A stretch of 62,926 nt of DNA, the filler included, from Trichosphaerium sp. ATCC 40318 (taxonomy: Eukaryota > Protista > Tubulinea), in NCBI GenBank assembly GCA_038496445.1. It is 3 parts of 3 records of this genome, joined end to end, with 100 filler letters (N's around TTAATTAATTAA, not from the genome) between each part and the next. Parts side by side here need not be neighbours in the genome. Positions count along the whole stretch, not along the records: positions 23,052 to 49,331 come from JALMLS010000261.1; 2 more parts are not named here. One strand, 5' to 3'. A program made the position numbers and the translations under genes. The notes under the pieces were generated by a model, which ran no database searches, was not told the origin of the DNA, and saw nothing but the letters and a program-made list of their open reading frames with translations. Positions 38,725 through 49,431 of this stretch are shown here, in pieces; the stretch's first letter is position 1; each line of letters begins with the position of its first letter.

Positions 38725-39425
38725 TTACAAAATACAATCTCTTAACTTTATTCCATTGTATCGGTGTCCAGTACAGTAACCATTAACAACACAAGAATTT
38801 CTCATGATATTAACCCTTGAAGGTTCAAATATGATGTGGTCATACTCAAAGCATTCTTTGTTGTGGCACAAGTGGCTACAATCAACCATGCTTCTATTCA
38901 TACCAGGCCAAACCAAATATTTATCATCTCCAGAGTACCAACCAGAAGAATACTCAGTGTAAATAGTAATGCCAGCACGACAATACTTTGACAAATGATG
39001 TAGCTTAAAATTTTTTTCACCTATCAAAGCCCTGGGATAATCAGAGTGGTCCAAGTTCTTGTTAGCAGTCAAAATAAGGCATCCTGTATCTAGTAATAAT
39101 AAAAAAATAATGAGTCAACAACAGTAAATAGTTAGGATACCCATACACAAAAAAATTGTCGGGCTACAAAAAAAAATTTACCTAATCTTTTTGAATTACG
39201 CATAAGTAGACCAAGTTTAAACCTAGCAACCTCCAAAGGTACAATTCTTAAATCATTAGCAATAACACGGTTCATATCTGCCCATGAGTAGTCTGGCTGC
39301 CTGAAAATCTTGCGCCTTTGGTCCATGATTGAGGTGAGAGTTTGATCCACACCTTGATATTGGAAAATTCTCAGCATTCTTTTGAAATCGGGTAATCTTG
39401 CTAGAAGTTCTCCTGGGTTGTCCAT
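38725..39425 (-). CDS. His-Cys box (I-PpoI-like, His-Me finger) endonuclease, two exons, free-standing
   Basis: SHLCHNKECFEYDHIIFEPSRVNIMRNSC..CTGH..C has the same spacing as I-PpoI [29 protein letters not shown]. A GT-AG intron at 39181-39090 joins ..NSKRL to DTGCLILTANK.. in frame. Confidence 0.85.
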
Positions 39426-39753
39426 TGTTGGTGTTAGTGTGGTAAAATGATGATTATGAAGTATTACAACGTACACAGAAACGAATTCAAACTGGATAGC
39501 GTAAATAAGCGTCATCACGCCACCTAAAATACCGCAGTCAACAACATTAAATAGTTAACGTACCTATACCAAATTGCGTGGGATAAATAAATAGTATCGC
39601 GCCAATTTCTCCACGTGTTAACGTATTCGCTGTTGGAGAAATAGGCGGTATTATTATTATACCGCTTATTACCCCGCTATTGTCGCTATGTACACGTGCT
39701 GAAATCAAATACGTTACCAATGGTCAATTCTAGAGTTAGAGCACCCTTAATTA

Positions 39754-41726
39754 GTGAAAAGTATAAAATGTCCCAATTCTAGGTAAAATGTCCCCACTTT
39801 TCAATTTTTAAAATGCCTCGCAGAAGTGCCGTAAAGGCTAAAAACATGGCAGAGGCCACAAAGGAAGTACTTTAAACTAAAGAAGCGTAAACCTTCACAA
39901 ACACTCTCAATTCGTCAAATTTGCATCACAGTGGCTAAAAAACACTGTGTTAAATCAGAATCGCTACGAAAGCGTGTTCAGAGGGCATTTGCAAAGGAGA
40001 ATTCAGAGAATTTCAAATCTCATGGCAACCAACTTTTTACGGATTTTAAAGAAGAAATGTTGGTTGGCTACTGTTTGAGTTTTAGCGGGCATCATATGCC
40101 TCTATCATGTGCAGCCTTGATATCTATGGCACAAAGTCTGTATAAGAAGAAGAAGTCAACCAGTATGGAAGCTTGGTGTGATGGCTTCACTGAAAGACAC
40201 AATATTGAACTCAAAGCCACTGTTTCGAAGACAATTCGCCGCTGCCGTGTATCTCCTGTCACTCTGCCACGTGTAGAAGCTTGGTGTGATGGTTTTGAGC
40301 AATTCTCAGAGATGTATTATATGAACCCAGATTTGATGTTCAATTGTGACGAAAAGTTGATAACAGCATCAAGTGACGAGTATCAACACATTACCTTTCA
40401 AGATAGAACGATGAAAATTGCTGGGCGGCTGAACAATAACACAAGCAGCCCTCTCACGTTGATTCCGTTTGTTTCAGCCTCTGGATGCGTACTGGTGTCA
40501 ATTTATATAATGGCAGCAAAAAACAAAGGTGATGAACAAAAAGTGCATCAAATGACAGTACCCAGACCAACAAATACCCGCTCTTCATGGCCTAGATACT
40601 ATATATTTCATGGTAAAGGGTATGTGACCAACGAAATTTGGCCAAAAATTCTTGATGTGTTCTTAAAGCACTTGAAAATTTTTCAAGGGGACAGGGTTGC
40701 ATTTTTATTCCTTGATAGATTGGCCAGCCACATTAAAACAGAATCGTTACAAAAATGCCTTGAACAGCATGTACACACTATCACATGGGTGCCTCATACC
40801 TCACATTTCACGCAACCCTTAGATGACAAGCCATTTGCTACCCTAGCTCAGGCATATAAATTAAACAGGAAAATTACAATTGAAAGTGGCACAGAGATCA
40901 AACATAAAACACGACGTTATGACATAATGGCTGTTGCAGCTGCAGAGACCAAAGCACTGTCTTCCAAAATCTTAAAATCGGCATGGAAGTCCGTGGGCAT
41001 TGTACCCTACAACAGAAAGTTGATCTTAAATCATGCTTCAAAAAATGTAGGGGTCCAACCTAAACAATCACCTTCCTTCATCACCGATACTGCTAGAAAA
41101 GCCAAAAACGCTATGGATGAGCTACACAGCCACAGCAATCAAGTAAATGCCCTAACAATCGGTCCAATGACAGTACCAAAAGGGGATGCTTATATTGCTA
41201 CCCAAATGGTTGAATTAGCAAAAAAAAAAAAGATAGATAAAGAACAAGAAATTAAACACAAGGCAAAGCTAAGGCAACTCAAGAGAGATGCTAAACAAAA
41301 AAAAATTGAGGAGGAGAATGTTCGTAGAGAGGAGACAAGACAGAAAAAAGAAAAAAAAAAACAGGAAAAAAAACTTGCCGCTGCTAAGAAGAAGTACAAA
41401 AATGAATGTGAGACCTGTCAGATATGTGGTGAGCGCATATGGAGGGGAGGATCTATGTGGGTGTGGTGTGAAGTCTGTGATCAGTATGGGTCATGCCCAT
41501 GCTGCTTAAAAGAATTTGATGGAAAAAAAATGGTTGAAATGCACAAAGAAGAATGTACAGGAGGGCGATCTTTTGGTAACTGGTACTCAACACAAATGGA
41601 CACATCATGTTAAAATCAGAATAAAAAAGTATTTTTTTTAAGAGCGTAGCATCAATTTTTTGTTCAAAAAAAGTGTTGAAAAGTGGGGACATTTTACCTG
41701 TGGTTGGGACATTTTATACTTTTCAC
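39754..41726 (+). mobile_element. pogo-like (Tc1/mariner superfamily) DNA transposon
   Basis: ~51-bp TIRs GTGAAAAGTATAAAATGTCCCAA..GTCCCCACTTTTCAA / TTGAAAAGTGGGGAC..TTTTATACTTTTCAC, flanked by TA on both sides. Confidence 0.92.
39813..41613 (+). CDS. DDE_1 (DD35D) transposase with C-terminal PHD-like Cys cluster; 5' end disrupted
   Basis: FNCDEK, FLFLDRLASH and PHTSHFTQPLD (35 aa between the 2nd and 3rd Asp); CQICG..WVWCEVC. The likely ATG at 39813 meets a TAA at ~39872, upstream of the long ORF 39931-41613. Confidence 0.85.
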
Positions 41727-41864
41727 TAAATAGGTTATTTCGCAAAAAGATATTCAGCTCTTTCATACTTTTGTTGGCTTTAAACTGAAATCTCAATTGT
41801 GAGGTATGAGAATTGAGCAAACTTTCTTCGCAGTGAAATATTAAAAAGATAGGTGAAGTCCAGT

Positions 41865-42344
41865 TTATTCGTATTTAATGAGCAGTGCAGATAGAATTGC
41901 TTGTTTTCCATTTACAGCCGACTTCTCTACGTACTTCTCAATCTGATATCCTTCATTAAGCAATTGTTGAAGTTTTGTTTGCGCAGCGAAAACATCGTTA
42001 ATAGTGCTAACAGAAATCTTTTTCTTGCGAAAGATGATATTGAGTATGGTGGCATCTAAACAAAAAAAGGAAAATTCATCAGCTAGTTTGTTCTTCAAAG
42101 CACTATTATTCTCTTCATAAGATAAGTGTATCGTCCTTGTGCGTAAGAAAGCAAGTATATACTTGAATAAATCGCCATCACGATCAATAAAATACTTTTT
42201 CTTTAATTTGAAGTTTCCGCTCAATAATCCTGTAAAATAGTTTCGCTCGCCATTAGATGTTAAAGTGGCTTTTGTTGTTTTGTAAACGACACCACCGACG
42301 TTTAGGGTAATACAACATGTATCTGTTTCATTAGCGTCTGCCAT
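41865..42344 (-). CDS. BTB/POZ (KCTD/T1-type) domain protein, intronless
   Basis: ITLNVGGVVYKTTKATLT..YFTGLLSG..YFIDRDGDLFKYILAFLRT. Confidence 0.92.
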   Translation of the reverse strand: MADANETDTCCITLNVGGVVYKTTKATLTSNGERNYFTGLLSGNFKLKKKYFIDRDGDLFKYILAFLRTRTIHLSYEENNSALKNKLADEFSFFCLDATILNIIFRKKKISVSTINDVFAAQTKLQQLLNEGYQIEKYVEKSAVNGKQAILSALLIKYE

Positions 42345-42592
42345 ATTAATTTTGAGACCTTGCCACTACCGCGGTGTTCACTGGTTAAAATGACTGTCGG
42401 TGACCAACAACTTCAGTTAAATTCTGTTGCTGTGCACCATGCAAAACAAGACATCTACCGCTTATATAAATAGTCTCAGTCTTTAATATCCTAGCTAACG
42501 GTAGTTGCTAAAGACGCTGAAACATTACATAGTCAAGCGGAGTCTTTTGAGAAAAAAGTTCTACATTATCGATTATCACGTGATTACGAAGC

Positions 42593-43534
42593 ATGTTTTC
42601 TGTCAGTAGTTTGACATTTATTGTTATCATTTCATGTACAGCCTCACTAGCATTAAAAGGTAAGATTTTTTATTAAGAACACGACAGCGCGTTTTCTAAA
42701 GAGTATAGATTGCGCTATGACATCTTTTGAAGATGATTTTAGTGCTTTCAACGCTGAACGATGGCAAAACTCCTCACTAAGCGGTATCGGACACGAATGC
42801 ACCATGATGCTACCAGAAAACCTTGAATTCAACTCAGCGCTGCCGAATAATAGCGGTCACGGCTTAAAGGCGAAGTTAACGCAAGAGCCATGCAAATCAG
42901 ACCCGAGCACATGTTGTACAGGCGTACGACTTGTTTTCTTTTTAAAGTGTGCTGCCTTTTCTTACGAATCTTCAAGTCTCATTGTACTTGTTGGAGTGGT
43001 TCACATATGTCGTCATCCTGTACAGCACTGTACGGTACCCTTTCGATAAACATGCGTGTAAATATTCCAGCGTCAGCGGGGGGCGTATTCTATCTTGCTT
43101 TCTACACAGACACCCCGATTCACAACGAAGTAACCCTTGGTTTTTATCAAAAAGAAGATAAAACGGAGCACGTGTCAACGAAGAGTTTTTCGTTTTCTCT
43201 GTTCAATGATAGACATTAATGATACTTTCTTAGATACCACAATGCAGTATTCTGGGGCTCAGAATCGAGGATTATTAGTCACAGTTTAGCTGTTGATTTT
43301 TTTAAGGACTATCACGAGTACAGCTTTGATTGGAAAGAGAAGGAGATAAACTTTATGCTTGATGATAAAATAGTATTCACAGCTTCAGCTGCAACGAATA
43401 TTACTGTTCCATCTCATCCAAGTGAAATCCGTTTTATTTTCAGAACAGAAACACATTCAAACTGTTCTGATGGTTGTAATACCGCTCCTACAGCGTATGT
43501 TGATGTCAAAAATGTCAAATACTCGTCGCTTTAA
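42593..43534 (+). CDS. Secreted GH16-fold protein with degenerate catalytic motif, multi-exon
   Basis: Signal peptide; FEDDFSAFNAERW; YGTLSINMR; HNEVTLGF in place of ExDxE; DYHEYSFDWKEKEINFMLDDK. Confidence 0.75.
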
Positions 43535-43913
43535 ATCTAAAATTTGTATCAAGCGCACTAATAAACAAAAACAAGTTTGATTCCATAAGGTCATACAGCA
43601 ACTTTATTTGATTTGGTCATTCGTGCATTATCATTTCTTAGTAACTGTCTTCACCGTAAAGCTAAGTTTTCATGTCACGCGCTTTCTAGGAACCAATAGA
43701 TCACGTGAATTATCTGAATGTTGACATTTCAATTGTGCAACACAACATTGGCTTAGGAAGTAGTAGATACATGGCAATCATGTTGTCAAACTGCTCAGTA
43801 GTCTCGTAGCCGAAGTCTAACCCAATGAAAATTCAACAGTTAGTTAAGTACGTTTAGCACTTCCTTGACATTAAATAAATCAGCAACAAACAAGCGTAGC
43901 ACCATTTGTTACA

Positions 43914-45713
43914 ATGCATACAATTCTATTGATTATGATGATCGTAACTTTCTGGCAGATTTCAACAGTGCTAGCGCTAACAAGATTACCATCGATGATT
44001 TCTAGGAACAGAACACTTGGACTTGAACAAAGTCCTTACTTCATTGGTCAACAAGTCGTTGTTAGAAACGCAACGATTTCAGTAATGCCTGGTGTTGTAA
44101 TTAACGCTGAAGCTGAATATGCAAGCATTTTTTCTTTCCAATACAACTCAGCGCTGGTTTTGGTTGGAAACGTATCACACCCAATAGTATTCTCGTGCAC
44201 TGGTGGGTGTTACATCTCTTTCGAATATTCTTGGATAAAATCACCAACCTGGAAGCACGTGATATTTAAACACTTCGTTATCTCCAAACCACCGAACATT
44301 GAAAGATGTCATTTCGAACATGCTGCACTATCCGGCTGCGCTGGTGAGTGTCATTACAACAACATCACTGCAAATGTATCATCCATACAAACAGTATCAA
44401 ATGATAATTACACGTCTGTTCGGGTTACAAACTCTCGTTTGGAAAACTTAAACATGCGAAATTGGGGATCCTTTGAACAAGACAAACAACTTATTGTTTC
44501 TGACTCTATTGTGTCTTGTATTCGATGTTCTTCTGTGATATTCCTCAACTCCAAGGTAGACGTAGATGAATATATCAGTTTATATGGAGCCGTAAATACA
44601 ACGTTTGAAGGTCCTGGAGAGGGAAAAATAATGGCTAGATACCCCGTTGAATATACAAAATGGAATTTGAACAAAACAATATGGGTTACTGCTAACAAAC
44701 ATGGTATCAATGACAATTACATAAAATCAAACAAAGACATTATATTTCGAATGTTCTATTCCAACACCTTTCCCATCACAAGGAACAGATTCTACGCCCC
44801 TGGTATATTCGCCAAAGCTGGGAACCTCTCCTATAACCTGTTGCATGGAGAAGAATATATCACTTTCAGCACAGACTCATTCTACAACCGGTTTATTACA
44901 CCAACTCTGTATTGTTTTTATATATTTGAAGCATCAAGACAACCACGAGAAATAAGGTTCAACGATATCTCTAATGTGACAACTCTTGCTCTTAGGAGCA
45001 TACGCATGTCTATTGACTTTACAAATAATTACGTGGGTGCAGAAAGCGTTGAGAATATTTCCATAATATTTCAAGGCACAAACCGCACGGCGTTTGATCC
45101 AGTACTGCTATCTCCTCCATTGGATATACCACATCCTATCGCCGTCCCTCTTCAACCATCTACAACGTTACCACCAACAATATTGCCAACAACACTACCT
45201 CCAATAACGTTAGCTCCTACCACTTCTTCACCTACAGCGCTTCCAACAACACTACCTCCAACAACATTACCTCCAACCAAAGCACCAACTCATAATCCTA
45301 CACTGCCAATACTAACGACATCGCCAACAACAAATACTCCCTCAACAAAGGCACCGACCTCAGCTCCTACAGGGACTCCTGTAGACGAAACACCAGCACC
45401 AACTACACTAGGTACTGTAATATATTTAGTTTCTTGTACTAACAATGCACAAGTTCCAACTGAAGAACCTACCAATACAGAACCTATTGCACCAGAAGGA
45501 GTAAATGAACCAATTGATGACGCTCCTGTTCAGGCATCAAATGCAAACTTGAAATTAAGCAAAGGAAAAATAATTGCTGCTATCATTATTCCACTTTGTG
45601 TTTGTGCTCTACTTTTTATTATTCTCATAATTTTCTGGATGAAAAAAAGAAACGAGGATCCAAGCAGAAATACAGACTACTGGATAGATTTAACCGATAC
45701 TGTATCAATATAG
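43914..45713 (+). CDS. Type I membrane glycoprotein: beta-helix-like ectodomain, Pro/Thr mucin stalk, TM; intronless
   Basis: Signal peptide; SPYFIGQQVVV..VMPGVVI..GNVSHPIVFS; PTTLPPT repeats; TM IIAAIIIPLCVCALLFIILIIFW followed by KKR. Confidence 0.85.
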   Translation: MHTILLIMMIVTFWQISTVLALTRLPSMISRNRTLGLEQSPYFIGQQVVVRNATISVMPGVVINAEAEYASIFSFQYNSALVLVGNVSHPIVFSCTGGCYISFEYSWIKSPTWKHVIFKHFVISKPPNIERCHFEHAALSGCAGECHYNNITANVSSIQTVSNDNYTSVRVTNSRLENLNMRNWGSFEQDKQLIVSDSIVSCIRCSSVIFLNSKVDVDEYISLYGAVNTTFEGPGEGKIMARYPVEYTKWNLNKTIWVTANKHGINDNYIKSNKDIIFRMFYSNTFPITRNRFYAPGIFAKAGNLSYNLLHGEEYITFSTDSFYNRFITPTLYCFYIFEASRQPREIRFNDISNVTTLALRSIRMSIDFTNNYVGAESVENISIIFQGTNRTAFDPVLLSPPLDIPHPIAVPLQPSTTLPPTILPTTLPPITLAPTTSSPTALPTTLPPTTLPPTKAPTHNPTLPILTTSPTTNTPSTKAPTSAPTGTPVDETPAPTTLGTVIYLVSCTNNAQVPTEEPTNTEPIAPEGVNEPIDDAPVQASNANLKLSKGKIIAAIIIPLCVCALLFIILIIFWMKKRNEDPSRNTDYWIDLTDTVSI

Positions 45714-46035
45714 TACAATAAACAGAGATACCACATTTAGCCTAGTGTTCGTTAATAAACTGCTAAACAATAAATAAACTAGCACTAGTGTTGAACAACG
45801 AGATGAACACTGGCGCACAAACATTAGCATGATGGGAATGAATACTGGAGAGTACGATAGAAAGGTAATTGCGAACCTTAGAAAAGGTAATATCGGTGCT
45901 GCTTCAGGCATTGCTATTTTTTAAATGAGTACAAATTGAACCTGAATTTGCCTTCAAACTCACTAGAAACCACGTACAAATAACCTTTATCAGTGTACAT
46001 CTTTACACATGAACTACTTTTTTATTGGTTTTTTT

Positions 46036-46561
46036 TCAATCTTCTTCTTTTGGACTTGCGTAGCGCTTAGTCCACACCTTTGCTGTATTTTCAAAAGCAT
46101 CATAGTCATGCTCCATTTGATGCGCTACTGCAGGGTCCATCGGATATTCAGTGTCCGGTTCGTTTAACACAGTCTTTATGGTAGCAACAACGTCAGAAAA
46201 TAGAAACCTTGGCGACCAACGGTCTCGGTTTAAAATGTTTAAAGAATGACTGAAATGCCCTGAACTGTTGTGTATATTAGGATGATAGACTTTTGTATTA
46301 AAAACCGCTTTTGGAGGTCTAAACGGGTAATCAGAAGGGTAGTTAAGCGTTACGTAGAATTCACCGCCTATTTACGTTTGTTAGTTGCGTCGTTAACGTA
46401 TTTTGATAATAAATACCTTTGTAAGGCCCCTTGTTGTCTCGGAGTATTAGAATCCACGTAAATATGTCTTTTTCATCCTTTATGCTCATATAACACCCAT
46501 CTATCTTACATCGTTGATTTTTACACAGCTCGTATTCTCTCATTACCCTACGAATGGCCAT
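46036..46561 (-). CDS. Ubiquitin-conjugating enzyme (E2) fold protein lacking the active-site Cys
   Basis: Spliced translation: [76 protein letters not shown]. Confidence 0.85.
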
Positions 46562-46926
46562 AATTACTAAACAGTACTTTTAGGACGGAAGGAACTCAGC
46601 AAAGACGAAACAAGACTTTTTACACATCATTTCGCGCTTTTATCATCCATGTGCAAGACAGCAGGTGTAAAAGCGATTAATCTCACATATTGATACAGTT
46701 CTAGAGGCACTTACTGGAGTACATTTGGTTTTTTTTTCAATTTTATTTTTTTTTTTCTGTTTACAAGTACATTTATGTTTTCTGTTGTACACGATAGTGT
46801 ACCAACCTTCTTAGGCGGGCAACAATTATAGGCAACGCCAAAATGTGGGTTTACACTAAAAAAAAAAGTTAATCACAAGGAAGAAAGCGACAATCTATCA
46901 AAAAATAAATTCTTCAAAAAAAAAAA

Positions 46927-49331
46927 CTAAAACGTACTGCCATGTCTTTTGTGTTTAGATATTTGCATCTCCCCCTCACTTTCTGTAGTACCACGCTTTA
47001 GCGTGAGAGAAGGTGCACTAAAACTACGGCGGTATTGTCGTCTATTTTCAGCAGTTGACCGACGCTCTGTTGATCGTTTCCCTGAAGCTACTAGAGGTGG
47101 TGTATAACCCTTTGAAGCTTTCCTTCCACCCAAGAATTTCTTTCTTATTGTTTTAAGCTTCGACGTCTTGCGCTTCTTGCCCTTTGAGTCTTCTTTGCTA
47201 TCTCCACTACCTTTACGATCAGGTGGGAAAGAAGGTGCGTAGGCAATAGGTCGCCCAGGAGAGGTTCTTTGAGAGTCAGACATAGTATAACTTCTTTGCA
47301 CTGGACTATTTGAAGTGCTCTGGCTTGGTGACGAATCACTTGATGTTACTTGCTGCGCTGTACGTATAGGTTCGTGATTGATCGGAGGAAGTATAGGTAC
47401 TGCTGCTATCGACTGTTTTGGAGAGGTAGAGGTATCCTCAGAACCACCAGTGGAACTCGTTTGAATCTGTTGCATTAGCATGTCACATTCAGATTGATTT
47501 AGTGAGCTTCCTGTATCACTGTGTCCTTCTTTAAGTATGTCTTCAACATTGAAACCCTCTTGTTTGAAAGATTCTTTTTGTTTCGTGGTGTTATGTGGTT
47601 TAGGCAGGGACCCCATGGAAGGGCTCCTTGGTAGGTTCTCAAACTCGTCATACACGATACAAAAGGAATCACACTCAGATAAACGCCTTGAATCTCGACT
47701 ACTTGAAGCAACGCGTAGTACTGTTTTGTTTACCAGTTCCATTTGAGGGATGTAGTCTTCTGGAAGCTTAGTGCTTTTTTTTGAGTTCTGTAGTAGAACA
47801 CGAAGCTTTGCTTGATCTCCAATACTTAGAGGCTCTTTTGAGTAGTCAAGCCTTCCTGTGATATTAACAGGACGCTCTTTTGTTACTTCAGGTAACATTC
47901 TAACATGTAACGGTTGTTTATAGCCCTTTGGTACCTAGTTATGAAGTTAGAATGCGACTTTGGTATTAATTACCACTACTACGTACTGCCGGTATAAAAT
48001 TATGTGAAGGTGATTCCAATATGGAGGCTGTAGCTGTAGGTACTTGTCTTTTTAAAATCTAAAACAAACGTAAGGAACAGACTCCAAAAAAGGAAAAAAA
48101 AATCAAAAAAAGAAAAGTCTGCTTTGCAAAGTACGCACTTGGTCTTTTGTTCTCACTTTAATATTTCCAGTTCTAGTAGTACTACCAGAACCCTAGTAAA
48201 ACCTTGCTTAGCCAAGAAAGAAAAATATTGTAGAATCCAGTACGTACTAGTTCCCTATTCAAAAAACTCTGATTAGACCCGTATCTATCTCTAGATATCG
48301 AGCTAGTAAACCCACTAATATTAGAAGAAAGGCGGTCTCTAGAAATGCCGCTATTATTCGATAGAAATCTATTTCTATTAGACGCTATGCTATTAGCAAA
48401 GCCTGTAGAAGCAGAACCAAGGCTTCTATCAGTAGTAGGTGCAGATTCTGCAGGTATACTAAAGCTTAATAGGCCTTGTACGTCCTCATCTAATCCATTA
48501 GCTGTTCTATCCAACTCCCTCACATCTAGCTCAAAGTTTAATTGAGTTTCGCCAGTACTACCCGTTGTGACCACAGCTATAATAAGTATGAGCCAACTAG
48601 TTGTTTGTAGTATGATGGGTGTTGTGTTTAAGAGGAAAGAGAAAGTGTTAGTGTTTTGCTACGTACAAGCGCCCAATGATGATTCAGAAAGTCCTTCAAT
48701 GTCTGTGAAAGAGAGCTAGAAAGTTTTAATTAGAGAGAACTACAACCAAGTATATGCACATCGTTAACAATACGTACATCTGGTGGGCTGTTATTACGTC
48801 TGGTAAATCAGTAATACTAATTGGAGAGAGAAGGAAGAGCTGTTTTCTTTACTAAAGATGTATAACATAGCTTGGATGAATGAGACTGAGAAATAATATT
48901 TTGGTGACGATGGTTGGTATGGTTCTAATCACGAAAGAAAGAGGTTAGACTAAAACCAATGGGAAATTTTATCGAAAAAAAAGCAAAAACCGTACGCCAC
49001 TTAGAGTCTCCTGGTTGTCTTAAAACAGCAAAACTAGGCGATGACTCTGATTCAGAGATACCACTGCTTGTTGTAGGTGCACTAGAGCTTTGATCATTAC
49101 CAGCTTTTTCTATTAATCTTTCTGCTGTCTATTTACATTTTTGTTAGTTCTGTGTTTACTGCTATTGGTTTTTGTACGATAAAAAGAATCCAAGATAAGA
49201 AGAAGAATTAAAAATAGATTTTCAAGAACCGAAAAAAAAGGTTAGTGTACCGTAAGAATGTCTTCAAAATCATCTGGAACTGGCATAGGCTTCCGCTTGA
49301 ATTCACAGATGCTAGTTCGAGGCAGAGGCGA
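46927..49331 (-). CDS. 3' part of a multi-exon Ser-rich low-complexity protein, function unknown
   Basis: ORFs 46927-47898 and 48182-48574 plus small exons with GT-AG introns. The 5' end is lost at the gap. Confidence 0.6.
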
Positions 49332-49431
49332 NNNNNNNNNNNNNNNNNNNNNNNNNNNNNNNNNNNNNNNNNNNNTTAATTAATTAANNNNNNNNNNNNN
49401 NNNNNNNNNNNNNNNNNNNNNNNNNNNNNNN
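49332..49431. other. Artificial contig linker (N-run, TTAATTAATTAA, N-run)
   Basis: Same spacer as 22952-23051. Confidence 0.98.

Noticed and set aside
38725-41726. Endonuclease as cargo of the pogo transposon
   Set aside because: The gene lies outside the TIR/TA boundaries.
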